A DNA stretch of 64,000 nucleotides from Octopus sinensis. Its lineage: Eukaryota. Of the stretch, positions 43,546-58,648 are shown one piece after another (position 1 is the first letter of the stretch; each line of letters begins with the position of its first letter). The stretch lies in assembly GCF_006345805.1 (NCBI RefSeq), contig NC_043015.1, positions 20,460,001-20,524,000 of the forward strand, given 5' to 3'. The translations under genes and the position numbers were made by a program. The notes beneath the pieces were generated by a model, which was given only the letters and a program-made list of their open reading frames with translations, made no database searches and had not been told where the DNA came from.

Positions 43546-43938
43546 GTAATATACGCATATATATATATATATATATAATATATATATATATATATGAGAT
43601 AAATTTAATATGGGTTTCATAATGTTGAGCGAATATTCCGTTAAAATTTCCAGAAGAACTGATGTCTCTTAACTAACTTCACAGAACTGTTGGAATAGAA
43701 GAAAAACGAAAAACTAAAAGTAGAATTTAGTTGAAGATGTACGAGCTGCCAGTGAAAGATCTTAGCTTACAGCCTCGACGTACATACATACATTTATACA
43801 CATACACGTATATATACATATATACAAACGTATATACTTCTAATCAGATAAATACGCAAGCAGCCGTATAAATGCACATATATGTATGGTCATATACGTG
43901 TATATGTCTGTCAGTCTGTCGGTCTGTCTGTCTGTCTG

Positions 43939-44020
<82 letters not shown>

Positions 44021-44185
44021 GGGGTACACACATAAATTGTGTTATATTATGTATGTAAGCAAGCAGATATATATACATTCACATACTCTCAGGTCCATCT
44101 CAATTATTTGTCTCTGAGTCTCCCTCCCCCTTCTATATATGTAATGGTCTCTGTGCCTGTGTTTGGATAAGTAGGTGTGTATAAA

Positions 44186-44240
<55 letters not shown>

Positions 44241-44775
44241 ATCTATCTATCTATCTATCTATCTACCTACCTATTTATCTGTCTATTTATCTATCTATCT
44301 ATCTATCTCTATAAATATATGAGTGTATGTATGTCTACATACGTGTTTTATATTGTATGGAAAAATCGAATTTCCAAATTTAATTTTATTTGTTGAATAT
44401 TTTCTGAATAAGTGAAGTTTTGTTTCCAGCATAAAATTCTTAGAATAATAACTACAGCATCGCGCTCGCTAGCATGTGTGGTAAATACCAACAGCTACGA
44501 AGGCTGCATCGTGTGAATATGAAATAACAAACTCTATAATGTGAACAACAACAAACGCATAGATGAGAACAAACAAACTCACAAAGTGTTATAAGTGAAA
44601 ATAACGTTTGGCAATGAAAAGAACGCATCAAGAACGGTAATAACGAGAACGAATAAGAAAACAAAATAAGCTTTATGTTTGACATTAAGCCAATACCGAT
44701 AACAAAACCTACGAAAATTTAACAAAAACCACCGAAAACGAGAAAAAGACAATCACTTGTCAAATATAATTGGCT

Positions 44776-44816
<41 letters not shown>

Positions 44817-44934
44817 ATATACATATACACACACATATATATATATATATACATATACATATACTTAATGTATATATACGATATATTAAATGAATGCGTA
44901 AATATAATATTATATATATATATATATATTATAT

Positions 44935-45034
<100 letters not shown>

Positions 45035-45469
45035 TATATATATATAATATATATAATATGTGTATGTATGTATATATACATATATGTTCTTGAAATCTGC
45101 CATCATATAAGAAAATTCTATTCAACGCTTGATAAATTAGTTGTACACGATATGAAACCAGATATTAATTATTTTCTATTTTTATATATTTAATTTTATG
45201 TTGTTTTTTTTTAAATTTTAAGTTAAGTAATAAGTTTGGGCTTTATTGCTTAAGTTTGTTTCGATTTCCACGCCACAGCGCAGCGTCATAGGAAAGTGTC
45301 TACTAGTGTAGCCTCACTCCGACTTAATTCTTACCAGTAAAACTTGTATGGCGGAGACTGTTAGAATCTCATCAGAAGGGACTGTGTGATTTGACTGAGG
45401 CAAGTTTGTATTGCCGTTTTGGGTTTAACACTACAGTTTTCCGGCATACGATTCGAATTTTTCTGACCA

Positions 45470-45620
45470 AAATTTACGCAATGGCCCAGTGGTTAGGGCA
45501 GCGGATTCGCGGTTTCGATGCCCACACCGGGCGTTGCGAGTGTTTATTGAGCAAAAACACCTAAAGTTCCACGAGGCTCCGGCAGGGGGTGGTGGCGAAC
45601 CCTGCTGTAAAAGAAAGAGG
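45470..45620 (+). mobile_element. tRNA-derived SINE-like family 3
   Basis: gcaatggcccagtggttagggcagcgg...ggtttcgatgccc gives A/B-box-like motifs. Related copies at about 28860-29150, 46855-47140, 51915-52330 and 56850-57060. Confidence 0.65.
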
Positions 45621-46819
45621 GAAATACGGTGCTCCAGCATGGCCACAGTCACATGACTGAAACAAGTAAAAGAGCTAATCCACCTTTGGACGAACAGAAA
45701 CTATGAGAGATGCTGCTGGATTTGGAAAGATAATGACAATGTTTGGGTGTTTATACTACATGTTTGCACTGTTTGTTGTGACGATTTCTCTGCCGAAAAT
45801 TACGTCACGAGTGCGTTGCTTTTTAATATACCCAGTCTTTTACAAGCATTAAGGTGAGGTCTCCGTTCTATGGCCAACCTTTGTCCTTCTCATCTGTCTC
45901 AGAGGCCGTGAAAAGCCCGAAAAAGGGTTATACACGGAATCTTCTTCCCCCTTCTGATGCAGCAATAAATACGTGCCAGGTTAAATTCATTTCGCTGATC
46001 GGAACAACGTCGATTAATGGTGCCACGTAATAACTCTGAGAAACAATATTTGGTCTTCATAACTGACATCATTTCGGTTTATGTTAACGCATTATTTTGA
46101 GAGTGAGAGGAAAAAAATAAACGATCTGATCTAGCCAACGGGAGGTTGTCTCATTCATTAACCAATGAAATCCAGCCTCACCTAGAAGCTCTCTATATAT
46201 GGCTTTATTAAGTGCTGAAATTTCTTTTGATCGTAACAGAAGGATAAAAGCAGGATAATGAGCAGACAATAGAAAAAATTTAGCATTACAAGAAATCTAG
46301 TACGGTGCTTTCATTTGCATTCGATCTCAGTCTGCTTCTAGTATCGATAAATAATTGATACGTTTTCATTAACAGAAAAGCATCATAATTGAGAAGAATA
46401 TTTATAGGCGCAGGCGTAGCTACAGGCGCAAGCGTGGCTGTGTGGTAAGAAGCTTGATTACCAACCACATGGTTCTAGGTTCAATCCCAGTGCGCTGCAC
46501 CTTGGGCAAGTGTCTTCTACTATAGTCGACCAAAGCCTTGTGGGAGAATTTTGTAGACTTAAACTGTGTGTGTGTATTTGTCCCCCTAACGTCGCTTGAC
46601 AACGGATGCTGGTGTGTTTCCGTCCCCGTAACTTAGCGATTCGGTAAAAGTGACCGATAGAATAAGTACTAGGCTTACAAAAAATAAGTGCTGCGGTCGA
46701 TTTCTTCAACAAAAAGGCGGTGCTCCAGTGTGGCCACAATCAAATGAATGAAACAAGTAAAAGAATAAAGGAATAACACGTTTATATTATCGATCTGGCT
46801 ACGTGTTCTATACCTTGTA

Positions 46820-46856
<37 letters not shown>

Positions 46857-48001
46857 GTAGTGATGCGTGGCCTAGTGGTTAGGATATTCGACTCACAGTC
46901 ATGAGTTTATTTTCCGGTGGCGCGTTGTGTACTTCAGTAAGGTACTCTACCTCACGTTGCTCCGACCCACTTAGCTCGCAAAAATGAGTAGTACCCGCAA
47001 TTTAAAAGGGGCCAGCCTGGTCACGTTGACTCCCCCTGTGAACTACGTTAAGCCTACGCGTGTTTGTGGAGTGCTCAGCCATTTGCACATTGATTCCACG
47101 AGCAAGCTGTTCCGTTGATCCGTTCCAGTGGAACCCTCGTCGTCGTAATTATATACTTGTATATACAATATATTTATACGTGCATATGCAAATATAAGTT
47201 TATACACACGGACTCATAGATACATACAAAAGCTTTCACAGAGGCACAGATAGACATACTTTAAACGACTCTGCGAATATATATTCGCAAACACACACAC
47301 AGGCAGCCCTAAATGCCCTAAAAGCACATATGTATGTTATTGTTCAGTTTTATTTCAAGATTTCAATAGAGAAAGAGCCGCTTTCTAACCTAGATACAAA
47401 GATGTGCAGATTAGTATATTTTATTTTATGTGTGTATTCTCATGCATATAGTTGTATATCTAGATATCATCATATATATTTAAAACACAAACTTCTGGAG
47501 AGTTTTAAAAATTTTACCGTTCCAATGATCGGTTTAATCTGTAGTCTTCGAATGTATGTATTCGATTCACGCAAAGAAATGCTATTAAATATAATAACCA
47601 TTTTTGTACCACACTTAAGGTATATGGTATATACACCTTTGGAAGGCATGATGTTGTGGATATTGTCTGAGAGGAACTTTCTTCATAGACATGTTCTGTT
47701 ATAAACCCAATATATATTGGAGCCAAGAGACCAGCATCTTGCTCCGCAGTGAGTCTCGAGAACATCAGACTAGGTCCGGTCTTCTTAAAACTAGTTAATG
47801 ATGTGTAATGTCAGTATATATTGAATGCTCGAAATGAGAAGTAGGTAGAGAGCCGACAACTTTCTTGTTTCATTACTTAGTGTTACTTGTCATGTTTTCA
47901 ATTTTTTCTCTAGTTATTAGTTTGTGTATTTAACTCGCTTGTTTTCGTATTTCATGTTGTTTACATTTGGTGACGTCCTGTACCCATATATGCATATATA
48001 T

Positions 48002-48035
<34 letters not shown>

Positions 48036-48390
48036 CTATATATATATATGTGCAACAGAACTCAAAACATGAGTATACATACGTTTTCAATCGACAAAGC
48101 TTTGTGCCAACATACGAAATTTTCAGCCCTTGTGTAATTCTGTAACTTCTGCCGATTAGTAATACAAAAAAAGAAAACGTGTGTGTCCTCCTCCCCACCT
48201 CTCTCTGTATATATATATTATATATATATATATATATATAGATATATAATGTATGTATAAATATATACACACATACATATAATAATGTATAACTATATAT
48301 AATGTGCATATAATATATACATATACGTATATAGACATACGTAGATGTAAATACACATACATAAATACACATACATGAATATATATATAT

Positions 48391-48432
<42 letters not shown>

Positions 48433-49559
48433 CATATATATATACACACACAGATACATATGTACATAAACACACACACGCACACATATATACGTACATA
48501 CACACACTTAATTGCATAATTGCCAAGTGTGTTAGGTGCCTCTCAGTGCAGAGATTAAACCCTGACAAAGTTAAGTGGGCCTTCATTTAAGAAGGCCAGG
48601 TTGCTGGGCATTGGGCCAAAGAGGTCAGCCAAAGTTTAGTAAAACTCATAATACACACAGCAGAAACCATTGGCGTATGAAATTGTGTCGAGGTCGACTT
48701 TAACAAAAAGTGCTGAGATGATGACCACAAATTTCACGAAATTATTAAGTCTTTTATTAAGAGTGAATAATAGTGTGCAATATTCTATGTGTGTCATTTT
48801 GACAACTGCTGTGAATTAAATTGTTTTCGAAAGTCGCTAATATCTATGGGTTTAATATGTAAATCATTTGTTGTCTGTTTAGGAGGTCCGGTTCACAATT
48901 AAGTAGATGCAGTTTCATTTCCTCTCTGCGGTTCAACTTCTGTCATAATTCTGGTTTGACCAAAAGTTTTTCAGTGAAATTTGGTTGCCACAAACGTATG
49001 AGGGAACTTTCTGGAGTGACTATTGTTTCCGTTCGTGGATGATTACTCTTAGCCATTTACAAGTTTTAAGACTAAAATATTCTGGTCTTTGGGTAACTTT
49101 AGCGGAGACGATTGTGTTGCAGGTATTCATTAGTGTTTGAGAATAACTCCCTTTCTTCTTTCAGTAATTCCGGAGGTGTCACCAACATATTGGGTTTCCC
49201 CACTCCTCCTCCTCCTCCTTTTCGTCTCGTCTTTCTCCCATTATTCTTCCTAACTTGGCGCTTCAACTTAAGTACCTAATTCAACTGAATATTATATATA
49301 TATATATATAATATATATAATATATATATATTATATATATATATATATATGAGAGAGAGACCGATAGAATAAGAACTAGGCTTACAAAGAATAAGTCCTG
49401 AGGTCGATTTGCTCTACTAAAGGCGGTTCTCCAGCATGGCCGCAGTAAAATGATTGAAACAAATAAAAGAATAATATATATGATTTACTATTTAATTGAA
49501 TGCGACGCATCCATTTCCATATATACATATATAATATATATTATATTATATATATATAT

Positions 49560-49770
49560 AAAGTTAATCCAAACAAGAAAACAAAAAACAACAACGCAAG
49601 GATGTGGAACAAATAAAGTATTATTGGACGCTCAGGAAAGAAGGGAAGAAGGAGGGTTTGACGTTCGAGCGGAGCTCTTCGTCGGAAACATAGGAGAAAG
49701 AAACATCCCGAGATGGGAAGGACAGAGGAAAAAAATTGCAGGTAGTCTACACGAGGTCACATACATATAT
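49560..49770 (-). mobile_element. pLTR-like relic with a decayed minimal hammerhead (49657-49688)
   Basis: Minus strand ttt CCGACGA a gagc-tcc-gctc GAAC GTC aaa has stems I and II but two core defects. It lies between (TA)n arrays. Confidence 0.5.
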
Positions 49771-50007
49771 ATATATATATATATAATATATATATATATA
49801 ATATATATATATATATATTATATATATACATATATACATATATATATATATACATTCTGAAGCACAGCCTTGAACATTTTTATTCGAATGAATCGACACC
49901 AGGACTTGTACTTAAGCCTAGTACTTATGCTACTGGTCTCTTTGCCAAACCGCTATGTTTCGGGGACGCACACACACATATATATATGAGGAGCTTTTCT
50001 CGCGTTC

Positions 50008-50230
50008 CGTCTACCAAATCCACTAACAAGGCTTTGGTCAGCCCAAGGCTATAATAATAGACATTATATATCCAGGGTGCCACGTACGTGCAGGCGTGGC
50101 CGTGTGGCAGGAAGGTTTCTTCCCGACCATATGGTTCGGATTTAGTCCCACGACGTGGCACCTTGGACAGATAATGCCTATTATTATAGCCTTGGGCTGA
50201 CCAAAGCCTTGTTAGTGGAGTTGGTAGACG
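50008..50230. repeat. Local inverted duplication of a SINE segment (arms 50008-50085 and 50153-50230)
   Basis: The 78-bp arms are reverse complements and share private variants. Confidence 0.85.
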
Positions 50231-50588
50231 ATGGTGCTGTTGCTCTTGTTGTTGTTATTGGTGGTGGTTCTGGCTGTAAGGGCAGAAGTGTTTTTATAAT
50301 ACGGCAAAAATCTGAAGATTCTTACTTGGTTACATTACAAGGTACAGTCATCAATCATTTGTGCTGGAATGAAATTAGTGTGTACTGTGGATATGGAAAG
50401 CAGGAAAACGAATCAAATGTGCCCCCCCTCACTCACGCTGCAATGTACTGCTACATAAATAATAGATGAGTTGTTGGAATAACCAGAATATTCTGGTAAA
50501 TATATAGACTTTTCAGACGGAACAGAAAATGGCAAAATAGGTGAAAGAAGCAAAGGCTGAGAGACAAAGGAAAAGAGAATATATTGAA

Positions 50589-50684
<96 letters not shown>

Positions 50685-51774
50685 ATATATACATATAAAT
50701 AAGGCGGCGAGCTGGCAGAAACGTTAGTACGCCGGGCGAAATGCTTAGCGTTATTTCGTCTGTCTTTACTTTCTGAGTTCAAATTCCGCCGAGGTCGACT
50801 TTGTCATTCATCCTTTCAGGGTCGATAAATTAAGTACCAGTTGCGTACTTGGGTCGATCTAATCGACTGGCCCCCTCCCACAAAATTTCGGGCCTTGTGC
50901 CTAGAATAGAAAAGATTATTTAAAGGTGGCGAGCTGACAGAAGCGTTAGCACGCCATGCGAAATACTTAGCGGTATTTCGTCTGCGTTATGTTGTGAGTT
51001 CAAATTCCGCCGAGGTCGACTTTGCCTTTCATCCTTTCGGGGTCGATAAATTAAGTACCAGTTACGCACTGGGGTCGATGTAATCGACTTAGTCCGTTTG
51101 TCCTCTCTGTGTTTAGCCCCTTGTGGGTAGTAAAGAAATAGGTATTCCCAATTCCTCCGAGGTCGGCTGTGTCTTTCATCCTTTCGGGGTCCAAAAATTA
51201 AGTACCAGTTGCGTACTGGAGTCAATCTACTCGATTGGCCTCCTCCCCCCAAACTTCCGGCCTTTCAATGTATCATGTATATATCAATCAATGAACAACT
51301 GTTGTCAATTGTGGAACACGACTGCTGTATACTGTGTACTAGTTTAATCACAATAAATATAGACGCAGCTGTTAAGTAAGAAGCTTGTTTTCCAACCACA
51401 ATGTTCCGGGTTCAGTCTTACTGCGTGGTGCCTTGCTCGAGTGGTTTCTGCTATAGCAGAGTAGATTTGGTTGAACGTGAAAGAAGTCTGTCGTATATAT
51501 ATGTTTGTATGACTGTCTTTGTCCCCTCATCATGACGACCGATGTTGGAGTGTTTACGTCCCCGTAATTTATGATATTGCGGCTGAGGTCATGATACACA
51601 TTCATACAAACTTTTTATTCTTTTATTTGTTTCAGTCATTTGACTGCTGCCTTTAGTCGAAATAATCGACCCCTGGACTTATTCTTTGTAAGCTTAGTAC
51701 TTATTCTATCGGTTTCTTTTACCGAACCGCTATGTAACGGGGGAGGGGAGAAACACAGACATATATATTACGCT

Positions 51775-51813
<39 letters not shown>

Positions 51814-51871
51814 GTCACTCAGTGGAACTAAACCAGGTGCTAAGCTTCTTACACACACTGATAAGCAAGCT

Positions 51872-51912
<41 letters not shown>

Positions 51913-53382
51913 ATGGAGGATCAATGGCCAAGTGGTTAGAGCCATGACTTGCGGTCATAGGATCGGGCGTTGTCAGTGTGTACGCTCAATAAACACTCAC
52001 AACGCTCGGTCTGGGAATCGAAACCGCGATCCGAAGACCGCAAGCCCTAACCACTGGGCCATTGCGCCTCCACAGTTTAGTATATATGAATTTATATATA
52101 TATTGAGCGCAAACACGTAAATCTCAACGAGGCTCCGTTATGGGGTGGTGTTGCGAACGCTGCTCTATTCTTTCACCACAACTTTCTTTCTGCTGTACCT
52201 GTATTGTCATAGTGAACCTCGCCGGGAACTCCGTATTAGTGGAGTGCTTAGCTACCTACACGTTAATCTCACGAGCAGGCTGTTCTGTTGTTCGGAACAA
52301 CTGGAACTCTCGTCGTCGTAACCGACGGAGTGTCACGATATACTAGACTATCCGTTTCCAAGTTTTGTTTCATGGGTCTTTTCTGGGTTATTTCGCATGC
52401 TTTCGACATCGAAATCACGCGTAAACGTTTCCCACAGAAAAGGAAAGATTTGACTGCTATTTCTTACACGCCTTGCTACCAGGTAGCAATTTGTCTGCCT
52501 CTTTCTTTCTTTTTTTTTGTGGTCCCTTACTTCACAGTGGCCCAAAGGCTTGTTTGGGACAAAATCGTACAGAATTAAAGGAACACCTTGGGTAATGTCT
52601 TCCTAGATACAATATGTCTGAAAATGTATAGATATAATGGTTGCGAACGGAATATTCTTGATCCGCAGATCAGAGTTAAACCTGGCGATTGCATGTGAGC
52701 TGGGTCTTTATAAGAAGAGCAAAAAACACAAATGTGAACTGGATGTCCAGAACGAACCATTCGCAAACTTCAGTGGACGGACAGATAACATTTCAAACCA
52801 GCTGACAACGTCTTTAGCAAAGAACAAGCAAACAAATACCTTCTCGCATAAGAATAAAGCGACATGACATTAGACGGCCATCTTGATTTTGTTTGTCCTT
52901 TTCGAAACAATTAACCGAAATATTATATTGCAGACGTAAAGTGAAAAACATTTTGCATATGGAGAAGTTTAACTTGTTAGATTTGCGATATACATTTATT
53001 TATTCGTTTTGTATTCTTCCTCTCTTCTGTTTTCTCTTTTAGATATTTTTGTTTGCATGTATATCTAAAGACTTATTTATTTGCCCATCAAACACGCGAG
53101 GACATTTCTTAGAGAGAGAATACATAGCACGTATAACGAGCCCCCTACGCCAGCACTTAGACATACCACATAAAAGGGGGGGGGGGAAGAAACAGAAAAT
53201 AACAAAAAGGACGTAAATATATATAGCAAAAAAATTCTAACGAAATCAAGGAAAAGAAAAATTCGAAACCACAAAAAATTCAGAGCAACTCCACTTTTCA
53301 ATCTGCTGTCATCTCCTTGTCAAGTCAATCAGTTTTGTTTTTACCTTTACTTTCGTTTCGCTTTTCCAATTTTTATTATTAC

Positions 53383-53451
<69 letters not shown>

Positions 53452-53758
53452 TGTTGTTGTCGTTGTTGTTATTTTCTTTGGCATTTTGCTATTTTCACGT
53501 TATGTCCGGTGAGAGGCCTCAAAACACTTTAATGTCGGAGACGTGTATAATATTCCTGTTATTGCCGCTTTAAGACTGTTGTTGTAGGTGGCGCTGTTGT
53601 TGAAGTTGGCTGCTGTTATTTTGTTTATTTGTTTTACTGCTGTTTACTGTGATTTTCGAGAATTAGAAATATGGAAGTAAGCGGTATATGTGTGAGTGTT
53701 TATGTACGTATGTATTTGTGGTTATACATATGTATATGAATACATACGTACGTATACA

Positions 53759-53792
<34 letters not shown>

Positions 53793-54819
53793 CATACATA
53801 CATACATATATATACAATGGCATTTTACATACATATATATATATATATATACGCACACATATATTTATTTACACACATTTGCATATATATCTACACACAA
53901 AGGGACAGAGATAGACATACATAGGTATGCAAATATACATCCCCATACACACATATTATACAGAGAGAGTGAGAGAAAGAGAGAATGCGCGATAGAGAGA
54001 CACAAATTCTCATGAAATCTGAAAAGACTAAAAAGAATATTCACCTGTCAATAGATTTGCCTTCGATTCACGTGTGTGTTGGGTGGTGGTGGTCGTCGTT
54101 GGCGTGTGTGTATGTGTTGTGTGTGTGTATGTGTGTGTGTATGTGTGTGTTTGTGAGTGTGTATGTGTGTGTGTATATGTGTGTGTATGTGTGTGTGTAT
54201 GTGTGTGTTTGTGAGTGTGTGTGTTTGCGTGTCTTCATATATGCGATGGAGATTTAAGAAGTGAGAAGTTGCCTCACTTATATAGGCTCTTGAATAAAAC
54301 AACAACAACAACAACAACAACCGCAACAACAACAACAACAACAGCGACGGCGACAAGAGCCTCGATATCACAACCTGGTAAATGTTTCGTTTTCTCCCAC
54401 GATAATAGATTAACATTGACATGTATCGATACGTATTAAGTAAGATGTTTGAGATAAAATAAAATAAAAACAAACCAAAAACAAATCAAAACCAAAATCT
54501 CCCCCCCCAAAAAAAAACCAAAAAGTAAAACACGCAAAAAGGCACCAAGAAAAATGTCTTAGTGACATTAGAAGGAACATTTGTGTGTTTCATGAAGTAT
54601 TGTTTTTGTATGTTCTTCTGCAAAAGTTGTTGATGTTGGTGTTGCTGATGTGATTGATTTTGTTGTTGTGAATTTCTTGTTTTCTATATGTACGTATACT
54701 TTTGTGTTTTTATTTTTATTTTTGTTATCTTTCTTTTATTTCTCATGCAGAACGTACTGTGTTAGAGATTGTAGACAGTATTCGGAAAAGTGACAGGTTA
54801 GAGAAAGCTTTTCAAAACG

Positions 54820-54882
<63 letters not shown>

Positions 54883-55237
54883 CATGTCTAACAACGTCTA
54901 CTGATATAACTATATCTATTTCTCAATCTAAATAATTATGTCTATATAACGACGCATATACGTGTTTGTGAGTATATATATATATATGTTTAGACGCAAA
55001 CACTTACAGATATATACGTATTAATGTATCGTTATATAAGAGTAGCAAGAAAAATGAATATATATTTTATCATGTGTTAACATTATGTGATCTAGATTTC
55101 AACAGGCTGAGTCACACACACATGTATATATATGTGTGTATATATATATACACATAGTCTTCCAAGCGGTAGCTGTTTCTTACACTCTGTGTATACGTAT
55201 ATGCATGCACACATACACAAACACACAAACATGGACA

Positions 55238-55268
<31 letters not shown>

Positions 55269-55772
55269 CATACGTTGATATATAGATGTATACTAAATAT
55301 ATACCTGCATGTTAGTTTAAGTCAAGGAAAACGATAAAATTATCAATGTAGCAGAAGTATCAACATAGGCTTACAGCTGTTTCGATGTAGTTTCGTTTGA
55401 GTAAACCAAAGCAAGAACTAAGTTGTTTATACTGACACAATTCTTAACTGGTACTTAGTTTATTGACCATGAAAGAATGAAAGCAGAGTCGAATTCGGCG
55501 GAATTTGTCTAACGGTCTAACGATTCTCCTCATCTACTGCCCTAATAATAATAACTATAATCCTTCCTACTGTAGGCACAAGGCCTAAAATTTTGGGAAA
55601 GGGATTAAATCGATCAAATCGACTCTTGTACGCAGCTGGTACTTTTAATCGACCCCAAAAGGATGAAAGGCCAATTCGACCTCGTCGGAATTTGAACTCA
55701 GAACGTAAGGACGGACCAAATGCTGCGAAGCATTTTGCCCAGCGTGCTAACGATTCTGCCAACTCGCCGCAT

Positions 55773-55826
<54 letters not shown>

Positions 55827-55977
55827 TCAGACAAATGCATAACAAAAACTCTAAGGCCCTGAAATTTTGGGGGAGTGGCTAATCGATTACATTGTCCCAT
55901 GTGTTTCACTGGTACTTAATATATTGACCCCGAAAAGATGAAAGGCGAGGTCGACCTGGGCGGAAAATAGTAATGAT

Positions 55978-56048
<71 letters not shown>

Positions 56049-56049
56049 A

Positions 56050-56300
56050 AAGAGAAACAATTCAAATCATAGGAGATACATTAAGTATGATAAAAAATAT
56101 TCAGACAAATACATAACAAAATCACCGGGACTTACAAGTCTATATTACATACAGAAAATAGCACTCCTAGGCACCGCACACATCCTACGTAAAACGCTTT
56201 CAATACAGTAACCATAAGAGCATCACAGCAAACTGCAGCACACACCCAAGGCACACAGAGCTGCGCTCGGTAGTGAAATGTAAACACAATATAAAAACAA
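56050..56300 (+). mobile_element. R4/Dong-like LINE 3' end
   Basis: Same 3' sequence as 13260-13460, between (AAT)n arrays. An older endonuclease relic (KVDTKE.EK.EKY...LW...VIGA) follows at about 56560-56820. Confidence 0.7.
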
Positions 56301-56318
56301 AACTACTGAATAATAATG

Positions 56319-56407
<89 letters not shown>

Positions 56408-58004
56408 CAGAGGCTGTGATGAAGAACGATAATTGAAAGGATTTTATCGGAGAAATCCATAAAGGCTACCCTTAATGTTGAAGCAAGAAGACCAAAAATG
56501 AACACAGAGTGAAATGAATGGATAAATAAATAAATATCAATGTGAAATGTCAGACTTCGCAATACCATATGATAACAAGGTGGATACCAAGGAATTGAGA
56601 AAATTGAGAAATATTATAATCTAGGCAGAGACATGAAGCAATTGTGGAGCACAAATGTAAGAACTTGTAATTGGTGCATTTAATACAAAACCTAAACAGC
56701 TACCTTAGAATCTGAAAGCTATTGTAAGTGAGATTCGCATTGTTGATCTGCAGAAAAGTACCATTTTCTAATCTACAAAGATCCTAAGAAAGATTCTTGA
56801 GATTTCAGGAAACTTTTGCAATCAAATGTCAAGATAACATTTCCGCTAACTAAAGTGGCGTGAACTAGTGGTTAGGGATTGGCGCCCACAATCGTGGGTT
56901 CTGTTCCTGGGCAAAACACCACCATTTCTCGTGTTTTAGTGGGTGGGAGAGTGCCAGAATCATCGGTATGTCGGCAGTGATGCTTCCCGGTCTACCTTCC
57001 GGCTCTCTATATTCTGAGTTAAAATCCCACCTGCCTGGAGAAGGCTGTGGGAAACCACTCCAGTATTTATTCCAAATCTAGTCGTTAATGGCCGTAATTG
57101 AGACCTTGGGCAGGTAGAATTGTTAGCGCGCTGAACAAAGTACTTAACAGAATTTCGTCACTCTTTACGTTTTGAGTTCAAATTTCGCCGAAGTCGACTT
57201 TGCTTTTCATCCTTTCATGGTCGTTAAAATAATTAGAAGTCAAGTACTGGGGTCGATGAAACCGAATTACCTGCTTCTCTGAAGCCAGTATATATAACCA
57301 CGGTTTGAGGAAACTGAAGAGACCTTTCTATTGTTATACATAGTGTTTTCAAAGCAAGGTGGATCTCAAAACGAATAGAAACAAATCTCCATCAATCTAC
57401 AACAAACCAACACGTAGATACTTGTGCGTTTATGTGTTTAGGTGTGATGGCGTGCGATCTAACACAGGACAATCTTACACGGCAGCTGGTATGAATAGAT
57501 TTAATGATAAATCACACATAAATCACATATAACTAATTAGCAGAATAGAAAATCACAGCGAACGCTGTATTCCCGTATATATATATATATCTGAAAGATA
57601 GCTATAATGACCAAGAATATAATACTTTCCTTCATAATGACTGCTCCATCAGATACGAGATGAAGATACGAAGCAAGAAAAAATATAAGCATGTATATTG
57701 AATTATTCTCACAAAACGCATAATTTTCTTTCACTCTGCTGGCTGTGTGTCCGTGCTATCGATGCTTCTTTATATTCGTTACTGGTATGATATATGTCCT
57801 TTCCTTGAAAACCTATCTACGCCGCAGTTTCCGTCCTGTTGTCTCTCCATTCACTTCTATAGATCGCCATTTTTTTCTTGTTAATTCTGTTCTACTTAAA
57901 CTTTCTTTCTGTAAGGTTATACTTTCGTATGTTTATTTTAGTATTTATTAGTGTAAGGTATATATGTATACGCGAATGAATACATACATACAATTACACA
58001 CACG

Positions 58005-58065
<61 letters not shown>

Positions 58066-58179
58066 GTATATACATGCCTGTAGATGTTATACATATGCAA
58101 ATAGGCAAAAATAGCTATACAGACATGGATACTGCCTCAAACGAATATATCAAATGTATAATGTGCCTCTACGTATATA

Positions 58180-58221
<42 letters not shown>

Positions 58222-58581
58222 TGTGCACGTATGTTTGCAAATATATACATGCAATTATACTTACATAAATATGTAATAGTATATATATGTGTGTGTGTGT
58301 GTGCATACGACATACATCTAAATACACACGTATATACATGTGTTTGTGTGTAAATGTATATGTACACACATACACACCCATATTATTTATAGATACCCAT
58401 ATGTATATTTCTATATACACATATTGACATTTATAGATATATGTGTATACATATTGGAAAACATATGTTTAAAAGTATATATATATATATATATATATAT
58501 GCTTTACATCTATATCTATCTATCCATTTATATATATAATATATATATATATGCTTTACATCTATATCTATCTATCCATTT

Positions 58582-58648
<67 letters not shown>

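Noticed and set aside
45350-45385. Minus-strand CTGATGA with a 4-bp stem
   Set aside because: No GAAA follows it.
50328-50390. Strong acceptor and GTAAGA donor pair on the minus strand
   Set aside because: Stops occur in all three frames.
52528-52614. Minus-strand exon-like segment ending GAA/GTAAGG
   Set aside because: The required frame has a stop, and the sequence resembles a dispersed repeat also seen near 21300-21450.
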